Shown here piece by piece: positions 20,373 through 28,800 of a DNA stretch of 64,000 bases (positions within the stretch are counted from its first letter, which is position 1; each line of letters opens with the position of its first letter). Below the pieces are notes generated by a model that was given only the letters and a program-made list of their open reading frames with translations, made no database searches and was not told the DNA's origin. The stretch is from Ktedonobacterales bacterium. GTDB taxonomy: Bacteria > Chloroflexota > Ktedonobacteria > Ktedonobacterales > JADMIN01. The stretch lies in contig DASUBU010000298.1 in the NCBI GenBank assembly GCA_035763125.1, positions 447 through 64,446 on the forward strand. The letters run 5' to 3'. The translations under genes were made by a program, and so were the position numbers.

Positions 20373-20929
20373 TCCGCCCAGACCCTTCCGAGTATGATCG
20401 AAAGCCCCACAGCTTGAACTGTCAAGGCCGATCTTCGGCCCGGAGCGGCGCTTCGGTCACATGAATAGACGGCTGTCATCTGCATTGCCGTGCGGATGTC
20501 CGTCACCGGTGATTTGCAGAGCACATCAGCACAATGCGTGCCCTTTCCGCCACGGCTATCGCTCTGCCGTTTTCATCGCGCGTCGCGGCGCGAGGTGAGG
20601 CTCGGCGGCGATGATTCTGTGACGGTTTTGTGACACAGCCAGGGTGGCGTGACACCGCGAAGCTCTGGCATAATCGGGCGGCTCTCGTGACATCTAGGCG
20701 GCTCCATGATAGAATGGCCCCGCCCGATGTCGGCCTTAACTCTTGGCTCGACCCGCAGCGCTTGCCCGGAACGGAGAGCTCAGCGAGACGAGCGGGTGGC
20801 GGCAGGGGGTAGTGTATTGTATGAGTGCGGCAGCCCGGTCACGCGGGTGCGGCCGCAGACGCGCCGCCAAACAGAGCACGGGAGCGGCGAGACGAGACAA
20901 GCCAGATTGAGAGCATAAGGGGGGCCGGT

Positions 20930-21742
20930 GTGTCTGTAGACGTAGACGCGGCAAAGACGAGCGTAGCGCAGGCAGCCGCCGAGGGCATGCGGCGCTACTA
21001 CGCGCTGGCGAAGAAGCAGGCCTGGGATATCAAGGCGCTGCCGTGGAACGAGCTGGCGCCGGTCCCCGAGGGCAGCAACGCCTCGCCGGAGAAGAAGGCT
21101 CGGCGTCACAGCATGTGGCGCTCGGTGGTGACGCAGCAGCTTCAGGCGGATATGATCGCCGTGCAGTGTGCGACTCAACTCTTGAGCGCGTCTCCAGACT
21201 GGGAGGCGCGGCTCTACTACACGACAATGACCAATGATGAGAGCCGCCACTGCGAGGTCTGGATGCGCCTGAGCGATGAGATTGGCGGAGTCTGCGAGCC
21301 GGATCCGTTCCTCGAGAAGCTCGGCAATCTGACGATGAACCTCGACACGCTCGAAGAGAAGATCTGGCTCTTCCAGTGCGCCTTCGAGGGCATGGTGATC
21401 CCGCGCTTCCACCAGATCGCGGCGGCGGCGCCCAATACGGTGCTGGGCGACATCTGCACCCGCATCGCGATTGACGACGGCATCCACCACGGCTCAGGCG
21501 TCGTCTACGAGCGGCTGCTGCTGGAGCGCGCGACCGACAAGACGAAGCGATCCATTGAGCGGGTCTCCAAGGAGATGTGGCCGCTCTACGTGCAGCACAT
21601 TACGTGGCGCCCGCGCGAGCGGAGCTGGGCCAGCGCGGCGATGCGCTCGCGCGACTTCGCGATGGTACGCCAGCAGCGTGAGGACATCATGAAGATGGCC
21701 GCCGGCTTTGGGATGGATATCGAGTTCGAGCTGCCGCTGTAG
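20930..21742 (+). CDS. Ferritin-like diiron-carboxylate protein (family uncertain)
   Basis: Carboxylate/His motifs are NDESRHCEVW, QCAFEGMV and IDDGIHHG. GTG 20930 lies 5 nt after AAGGGGGG. The longest ORF starts at 20825. Confidence 0.6.
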   Translation: MSVDVDAAKTSVAQAAAEGMRRYYALAKKQAWDIKALPWNELAPVPEGSNASPEKKARRHSMWRSVVTQQLQADMIAVQCATQLLSASPDWEARLYYTTMTNDESRHCEVWMRLSDEIGGVCEPDPFLEKLGNLTMNLDTLEEKIWLFQCAFEGMVIPRFHQIAAAAPNTVLGDICTRIAIDDGIHHGSGVVYERLLLERATDKTKRSIERVSKEMWPLYVQHITWRPRERSWASAAMRSRDFAMVRQQREDIMKMAAGFGMDIEFELPL

Positions 21743-21778
21743 GCGCGGCGCGCAGGCTGCGCTCCACACGCGCCGCGC
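21743..21778. terminator. 10-bp GC stem hairpin between convergent genes
   Basis: The arms gcgcggcgcg and cgcgccgcgc enclose a 16-nt loop. The hairpin starts immediately after the stop at 21742. Confidence 0.35.
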
Positions 21779-21785
21779 GGCCGGT

Positions 21786-22478
21786 TCAGCGTCCCGCGGC
21801 GAAGATGACGTGCCACACGCCGCCGGCCCACTTGGCGTCCAGCGCATAGCAGCCGGACTGTGGAATGAGCAGCGTCGCGGCCCACTCGCGCCAGTTAGTC
21901 CTCGGCTGGCCGTGATACTCGGCTGGCCCAGGAATGCTTGGGTCCAGCACGAGCGTCTGTGTGGCGAGCGTGGGCGGAATGTCGCGGATCCACCACAGCG
22001 CCGTGTTGGTCTGCAGGTCGGTGACACGCACGCTGACCGTTTCGAGAGCGTTGGGGCCGACTTCCCAGATGAACCTGGCGTCCGGCCACGAGTCCGCACC
22101 GTGCGCACCCAGGTGAAGCGTGGTGGGGTAGTAGGTGCTTGGCAGCCAGATAATGTCCTGGCCGATGAATTCCACACGCCCACCGAATGTGCCGAAGCCC
22201 GATGGGAATGTCATGGTCTGATTCTTCGAGCTGGCAGCGGGGCAGTGTGGCGGTGGCGGGCCGAGCGGGCTGGAGGCAGCCTGTGGCCCCGGCAGGGCCG
22301 CCGGGGTGACGGTTGGCGAGGGGGTGGCGGTGGCGGTGGCGGTGGCCGTTGGCGTCGGCGATGGCGCCTGCGTGGCGGCTGGGTCGCAACTGGCCAGCAG
22401 CACGACGAGCACACACAGCACGATGGCAAGCGCGAACCGTCGCGCCGGACGCAGAGACAGCCAGCCGGTCGTTCGCAT
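21786..22478 (-). CDS. Hypothetical lipoprotein with a Thr/Ala/Pro-rich linker
   Basis: The signal peptide has the lipobox VVLLASCD. A TPTATATATATPSPTVTP linker follows, then a roughly 150-aa globular domain of unknown family. Confidence 0.7.
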   Translation of the reverse strand: MRTTGWLSLRPARRFALAIVLCVLVVLLASCDPAATQAPSPTPTATATATATPSPTVTPAALPGPQAASSPLGPPPPHCPAASSKNQTMTFPSGFGTFGGRVEFIGQDIIWLPSTYYPTTLHLGAHGADSWPDARFIWEVGPNALETVSVRVTDLQTNTALWWIRDIPPTLATQTLVLDPSIPGPAEYHGQPRTNWREWAATLLIPQSGCYALDAKWAGGVWHVIFAAGR

Positions 22479-22648
22479 GATGCTCCCCTCATCGCATGTG
22501 CGTACCTACTATCATATCGCGTCCGAGTGTACAGACGGCGGCGACGAATCTCGCGTTCCCGTGCGAGCCAGAAGCACCGGATCACCACGGCGAGCGCGGC
22601 TGGGACCTTTGGCGGGGCGCTGGTACCTTTTGGCGTGCGAGCGGCGCC

Positions 22649-22681
22649 TGGACACGTGTAATACACTGCGCATGGTATACT
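22649..22681 (+). promoter_or_regulatory. Candidate extended -10 promoter with an 11-bp palindrome, upstream of the SMC-like operon
   Basis: The extended -10 is TGgTATACT (22673-22681). The palindrome GTGTA-A-TACAC is at 22656-22666. TGGACA at 22649-22654 is 21 nt away, too far for a canonical -35. Confidence 0.3.
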
Positions 22682-22871
22682 CCCGTTGCCTGGCGGCGCC
22701 GCTTGCTGCCTGGCCTGGGACGCCTGTTCCAGTGCCACGAGCCATGCGAGGAGCGCCTGTCAAGTCTCCACAGCCCGGCGCTGCAGGGCGGGGCGCAGAC
22801 GAGGACGGGCGGAGACGCTGGAGTCACCGCGGCCAGAGCATGCCAGGGACGGCACAGGCACGGAGGCGGGT

Positions 22872-25004
22872 GTGATCGGAGACGACCAGCGCATCGCGGA
22901 CCTCTCGCGGGCGGCCGAGGCGATCATCGCCGGACCGCCCGAGTTTCTGCGTGCATTCGTCGGCGACGAGGGCGGCCTGCGCCAGCAGCGGCGAGCGGTG
23001 ATCGTCGCGTCGCTGCGCCAGCAAGAGAATGACGGCCGGGTGGGCGTCTCAGTAGACGAGCTGGCGGCCGACCTGGAGGCGGTGCTGCGGCTGCGCGGGC
23101 AAGCGCCGCCGGATGACGTGCGCGGCGAGGTGGTGGAGGTGCTGCGCCAGCTCGAAGGCTGGCAGGCGGTGGACGGCGGCCTCGCGCCGGAGCGTGCGGA
23201 GCGCGATGGGCTGCGGCGGCGAGTCGAGCGCGACTACGCTCTGGCGCGCTCGCTGCGCGTCTTTCTGCCGCATTGGGACGAGGTGCAGCGGGCGCTGCGG
23301 CGGCGCTACATCAGCCTCAGCGCCAACTACTTCGCCCAGGCCATCGCCGCGCTGGATACGCTGCTCGACGAGCTGCACTACGAGGACACCGATCCCCTGC
23401 GCACCCACACCGCGTGGCAGTCGCTGCGCCAGGCGTTGCATGGCATCATCACCGAGTCGCGCGATTTTGCCCGCGAGCTGCGCTCGCTGCGCGTGGATGG
23501 CAATCACCCCGAGGTGCTGGCCGACATCGCCGACCGGCTGGGTGTGCTGCACGAGAAGTTCTTCCGCGTGGCAGCCGAGGGCGCGGCGCAGGTGCGCGAG
23601 CGACTCGAGCGCCTGCGCGACGAGCGGCATGAGGGGGCGAACGTGCGCCGCCTGCAGGAGACGCTGCGCACCCGCGAGGAGGAGTGGAGCGTCGGCCTGG
23701 GCGAGACCGAGGACGAGCGGCGCGAGCGGCTGGACGCTGTGGCGCACGAGGTGCTGCATGAGCTGTGGATTTTCGAGCGGCTGATGGCTGAGAACGGCCC
23801 TGGCTCGTGGCGCGAAGCGGCAAAGGCGATCAGCCTGGCACTGGTGGATCTCACCGAACGCATCCACTCGGCCATCTCGCTGCGCTTGCAGCAGACGCAG
23901 GCCATCGCGGCGCTGCTGCGGCGCGCGCGCGACCTGGCCACCGGCGGGCCCGACGCGACACAGCGTGCCCGGCAATATCTGTGGAACGCCTCAGGAGCGG
24001 TGCATGCGGCGGTCTGGGTGCAGCAGCGGCCCTCCAGCGACGACCAGGTGCGTCTGGACCGCTGGCTGCATCTGAAGGGCGGCTCGCCGCTGCCCCTGGT
24101 GGACGAGGATACCTGGCGCAAGTCCATTCTCCCGCGGCACCGTCCCGCGCCGCCGGCGCCGCCCTCGGCACTGGTGACCGGCGAAGACTGGGATCCGGGC
24201 GAAGATCCGCGGATGCGCGAGCAAGAGGAGGCGCGCGCGCGGCTGGTAGAGCGCATGATCGCGGCTGGCTCGGCGGAGGCGCTGACAACGCTTGAGTCGT
24301 TCGACGAGCTGCGCTTGCTGGCGTCGCTGCTGTGGCTGCCGCGCGATAGCGCACCGCTCCGGCGGCTGGGCCTGAAGATCTCGCCGGCGGCCGCGGGAAC
24401 GGCTGCGCGGGCGGTGCTGCGCGGGCCGGAGTTCGAGGTGGAGCTTGACAACTACCGCTTTCACTCGCTGGCGGCCGCCCGGCGGGCGGGAGCAGCCGCC
24501 GAGGAGCGCCCGGCGGCAAGTGTGCCTCTCCGGCGCCTTGCGGCCAGCCAGCCGACACAGCAGCATCCGCCGCGGCCGATGGTCGTGCGCGAGCCGCAGC
24601 GAGCACCCGCCTCTGCCGCAGCGGCTCCAGCCGCAATGGGGATGGGATCGGCGCGCCAGCAAGGGAGTGCGACGCCCGTGCCCGTATCCGCGTCGCCGCC
24701 GATTGCCGCTCGCCCGACGCCGCCAGATGTCGCCCTGCCAACGCATCCCCTGCCGCCAGACGCAGCCCAGCCGACGCACCCCCTGGACGATTCGGAGGTC
24801 TATGCGACACGTCCGCTGCCAGCCCTTCCGCAGGGGGTGCGGCCGACACATCCGCTGCAGCCGCCGGATACGCTGCCCGCAAGCCCACAGCCACGCGAGC
24901 AGCCGCCGGTAAGCCAGGGACAGGGACAAGGGCGCAAGCTGTGGCCGTTCGGCCGGGGCCGCGGCAAGGGCGACCAGCACGACTCGGCGCGCGATGGCGG
25001 GTAG
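22872..25004 (+). CDS. Large alpha-helical protein, putative kleisin-like subunit (JetA/MksF-like) with a Pro-rich tail
   Basis: GTG 22872 lies 5 nt after GGAGG; the longest ORF starts at 22686. About 530 aa are helical and Arg/Glu/Leu-rich. The tail is about 180 aa of Pro/Ala-rich sequence with three PTHPL motifs. It is the first gene of a three-gene set ending in an SMC-like ATPase. The family call is inference. Confidence 0.55.
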   Translation: MIGDDQRIADLSRAAEAIIAGPPEFLRAFVGDEGGLRQQRRAVIVASLRQQENDGRVGVSVDELAADLEAVLRLRGQAPPDDVRGEVVEVLRQLEGWQAVDGGLAPERAERDGLRRRVERDYALARSLRVFLPHWDEVQRALRRRYISLSANYFAQAIAALDTLLDELHYEDTDPLRTHTAWQSLRQALHGIITESRDFARELRSLRVDGNHPEVLADIADRLGVLHEKFFRVAAEGAAQVRERLERLRDERHEGANVRRLQETLRTREEEWSVGLGETEDERRERLDAVAHEVLHELWIFERLMAENGPGSWREAAKAISLALVDLTERIHSAISLRLQQTQAIAALLRRARDLATGGPDATQRARQYLWNASGAVHAAVWVQQRPSSDDQVRLDRWLHLKGGSPLPLVDEDTWRKSILPRHRPAPPAPPSALVTGEDWDPGEDPRMREQEEARARLVERMIAAGSAEALTTLESFDELRLLASLLWLPRDSAPLRRLGLKISPAAAGTAARAVLRGPEFEVELDNYRFHSLAAARRAGAAAEERPAASVPLRRLAASQPTQQHPPRPMVVREPQRAPASAAAAPAAMGMGSARQQGSATPVPVSASPPIAARPTPPDVALPTHPLPPDAAQPTHPLDDSEVYATRPLPALPQGVRPTHPLQPPDTLPASPQPREQPPVSQGQGQGRKLWPFGRGRGKGDQHDSARDGG

Positions 25005-25033
25005 ATAGCTAGCAGGCGGAGCGAGCACACGAT

Positions 25034-25885
25034 ATGCCAACGTATACAGGACAGCGAGAGCAGGAGCTGGCGCGGCGCGTCAGGCGCATGCTGATCGAGC
25101 AGAGCGCGATTTTGGCTGAAGAGTCACCCGACGAGTTCGCCTGGCTCTCCAAGCACTACCCCGAAGAGCAGCGCTTCTTCGAGGAAGAGCTGGGCGCGCT
25201 GATCGAGCTGCGGCTGGGCCGCTGGGCGCGCGCGTACTGGCCGATGGCGCCGCGGCAGCGCGAGCTGTGCATCGCCGATGTCTTCGAGCTGACCACACGC
25301 AAGCAGACCGCCTACGCCTGCCTGATCCGCGCGTATCGCAGTGTGCGGCTGCTGGAGGCCGGCGAGTCGGCCAACACGTTCCGCTTCGCCGATCTATTCC
25401 GCTATGTGGCCGAGGATGGGCAGCGCCAGTCGCCATGGCTCAGCTTCGACGAGGGCGTGATCAACGATGCGCTGGCCACGCGCGGCGAGGCCGACGCCGG
25501 CGACGACGAAGAGCTGCTGGAGATCGCCGCCGAGAACGCGAAGGGCAGAGGCCGCAAGAAGGCCGCGGCAAACGGCGAAGCGGCGGCGGCGACCGCCACC
25601 GCCAGCCGGCCACGCAAGACCTCAGCGGCGCCTCAGCGCCTGGGCGCGGCTCAGCGTGTGCGCGCCAATCAGCGCGCCTTCTATCAGGCGTTCGCGGCGT
25701 TCGAGCGGCTGCGGCTGCTGCGGCGCATCGGTGCCGACGACCGCCAGCGCGCCGACGAGCGCTACAAGCTCGATGACCGCGACTATAGCGGCATTTACGA
25801 GTTCACCGACCTGATTGATCGCTTCCTGCCGCCGGCGGGGCTGGTGGTGCACGACGAGCTGAACCCCGACGGAGGCACGGCGTGA
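25034..25885 (+). CDS. Putative KITE-like middle subunit (JetB/MksE-like)
   Basis: It is 283 aa and sits between the helical protein and the SMC-like ATPase. It contains RFFEEELGALIELRLGRWARAY and a charged low-complexity insert. Its stop overlaps the next start in a GTGA. The family call is inference. Confidence 0.5.
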   Translation: MPTYTGQREQELARRVRRMLIEQSAILAEESPDEFAWLSKHYPEEQRFFEEELGALIELRLGRWARAYWPMAPRQRELCIADVFELTTRKQTAYACLIRAYRSVRLLEAGESANTFRFADLFRYVAEDGQRQSPWLSFDEGVINDALATRGEADAGDDEELLEIAAENAKGRGRKKAAANGEAAAATATASRPRKTSAAPQRLGAAQRVRANQRAFYQAFAAFERLRLLRRIGADDRQRADERYKLDDRDYSGIYEFTDLIDRFLPPAGLVVHDELNPDGGTA

Positions 25886-28800
25886 GCGGACGCATCAGCA
25901 TCGCCCACGGCAATGGGAACGGCGCTGCTCGCGCGAGCGGGCCGCTCGGCTCCAGCCGCAACGGTCGCTCCCCCGGCCGCGCGTGGATCCGGCGCATCCG
26001 GCTGATCAACTGGCACGGCCACGAGAACGCGACGCTCGACGTGCTGGGCGACATGCTCGCCATCATCGGCGAGAACGGCTCGGGCAAGTCACTGATCCTG
26101 GACGCCATTGACTGGGGCCTCTTCCCGGCCTCGGGCAAGCAGTTCAATCTGGCGGCGCGTGAGGGCGGTCGGACGAGCAAGCGTACGCTCAGCAACACGA
26201 TCCTGTTCTTCGATCCACACGGCGTCGAGCGGCCCGACAAAGGCTGGCGTCGGCAGCGGACGGTAGGCTACTGCGCCGTGGAGGTGGAGCACGAGGGCGA
26301 GGGACGCTGGGTCTACGGCGCGGCGGCGACCTGCACGCCCAACTCGGCGCACCCCTTCTACTACGCGCTGCCGGCGACACTGGAGCAGGTGGCGTTCCTG
26401 GAGGTGACGCCCAAGGGGCAGGCGCCGCTGGAGATGCAGGCCTTCCGCGCGGCCAACGACACGCTGATCAACAGCGGTGGCGCCGTCTTCAACGCCAGCC
26501 AGGCCGAAGACTATAATCGCCTCGTCGCGCGCCGGCTCCTCAACATCGAAGGGGCCGACTGGCAGCGGCGCTACGACGCGCTCTACGACGTGCTGCACCG
26601 CATGCTGGGCCTGCGCGTGGACGACGCACTGGTGGCTGACCCAAGCGGCGTGGTGCGCGAGTTCCTGCCAGTGGTGGATCGCCCGCACCTTGAACGGCTG
26701 GTAGAAGGCCTTGAGGGCATCCAGCGCATCCATCGCGACATCGAGGAATATGCCAAGCTGCGCGCGACGCTGGCCGGCGTGGTCGAGGCGCGCAAGCGCT
26801 ATCACGAGGCGGTGCTGCAACACGGCGCGCTCTCGTGGCTGCGTGCCGCCTGGACGCATGACGACAGCCTGGCGCAGCTTGCCGCGGCCGACGATCAGGT
26901 ACGTGAGGCGGAATCGGCGGCGCGGACGGCCGAGGCGGAGGAAGAGGCCGCCTACGCCGAGGAGCACGCCGCGCGGCGCGAGCTGGAGGCCCTGCAGCAA
27001 TTGCACCAGGGCGAGGTCGTGCAGGCGGTGTCGCGCGCCAACGAGACGCTGACCGCCGCCCAGCACGCGCAGGATCGCGCCGCCCGCGAGCTACGCCAGG
27101 CCCAGGAGCGCTTGCAGCGCTCCGAGGCGGCCGTCGCCTCCGCGCGCCACTCCCTGAATACCGAGCGCGAGGCAGCCGTCGCGCGGCTGACCGCGCTGCG
27201 CCAGCGAGCAATGGATGCGTTGGGCGCGCTGCCGAACACGCTGAGTGCGGCCTGGGCCGGCCTGATTGCCGAGCCAGGGGACCAGAACCTGGGCGACGCG
27301 CTGCACGCTGCCTGGGTGGAAGGCGACCACGAGCTGGCCGGCTTCGAGGCGCGGGCAAAGCGGATCGAGGGGGCCGTGGCGGCGACGGCCAGCGCCCGCC
27401 AGGCCGAGCGCGACGCACGCGCGCAGCACGAGGCGTCGGCCAGGGCGGTGCAGACGGGACGGCAGGCGCTGTGGGCGCGCTGGGATAAGATGGTGCAGCG
27501 GTGGCCGGCGGGAATTGGCGAGGCGCCGACCAACGAGCCGAGCACCATGGTGCTGAGTCCGCTGGGGCAGACCTGCCAACAGCAGGCTGACCATGCGCGC
27601 GCGGAGGTGCGTGAGGCAAGCGCACGAGCGGCGAAGGGCGAGGTGCAGATCGCCGAGCTGGAGGCGCGGCTGGCGGCGATCGAGCAGGAGATCGGCCAGA
27701 CGCAGACCGAGCCATTGCCGGCGCTCTCGCCGGAGCGCGAGCGTGCCCTGGCGCGCCTGCAGGGAGTGGATCGCGGCTGCGCGCCGGTCTACCGCCACCT
27801 GGACCTGGCGCGTGAGGGCGCGGCCTGGGGCGAGGCCATCGAGGGCCTGCTGGAACACCTGGACGTGCTGACCTTGCTCACGCTCTCGGTGCCGGTGGAG
27901 CATGCGCGGGCGGCGTTGGGCAACGAGGCGGACTGGCATGTGCTGGCGGCAAGTCCGGCCGGGGGCCGGGCGCAGCGCGGCTCGCTGGCCTCCGTGCTGG
28001 TGACGGGGCACCCGGACCTGCGGCGCTATCTGGATGGGGCATTCGGCTCGCTGATGCTGGCCCAAGACCCGCCGCGTGGCGGGGATTTCCTCTGTCCGGA
28101 CGGGCGCTACCGGCTGGGCGATGTGACCGGGACGGTGCGGCGCGCGAAGCGCTCGGAGGCGTTGATCGGCGTGGTGCGGCGGCAGGCGGCGGCTGCGGCG
28201 CGGCGCGACGAGCTCACACGCGAGCGGGCTGACCAACTGGCACGCCTGACGGATCAGCGCGACGTGCTGCGTGTCGAGCGTGAGACGATGCAGCAGGCGG
28301 AGGCGCGCGCCCGCAGTCTAAGCGAGCTGGCGCATATGCTGGAGGAGCTCGATCAGCGGCGTGGTGAGCTGCGTACCCTGCGCGAGGCCGAGGAGTCGGC
28401 CACGATGCGTCTCTCCACTGCTCGCCGTACGGTGGAGGATGCGACAGCCGAGGAGGAGGACGAGCGGCTGCGCTGGGCGGAGGCCACGGCGGCCTATCCG
28501 GCGCTGGCCGATCCGGCGCAGCTCGCGCGGGCGCGCACGGCCCTGGCACAAGCGGTGGCTGATACCGTCTCGCGTGCCGGCGAGACCCGCGGGCGCATGG
28601 GGCAGCTTCACACGCGGCTGCGCTCGGCGGAAGACTCCCACGATGCCGAAGGGGAGGCCTTCGGCGTGGCGCGCGCGCAGATGGAGCAGGCCGACCAGGA
28701 CGTGCAAGAGGCGCAGCGGCTGCTCAATCAGGCGCGCAGCGCGCTCCACGCGGCGGGGCTGCAGAACGTGGAGGCGCGCATTACGATGCTCCAGCGCCGG

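Noticed and set aside
20700-20930. A match of the ferritin-like gene leader to a manganese (yybP-ykoY) or cobalamin riboswitch
   Set aside because: There are only loose resemblances, for example GGGGGTAGTG versus the GGGGAGUAG core. I could not trace the conserved helices by eye. I left it as an unclassified long leader that needs an Infernal scan.
22686-22871. The 62-codon 5' extension of the first SMC-module gene in the ORF track
   Set aside because: The extension is Cys/Arg/Ala-rich, overlaps the putative promoter and lacks a ribosome-binding site. GTG 22872 has GGAGG 5 nt upstream.
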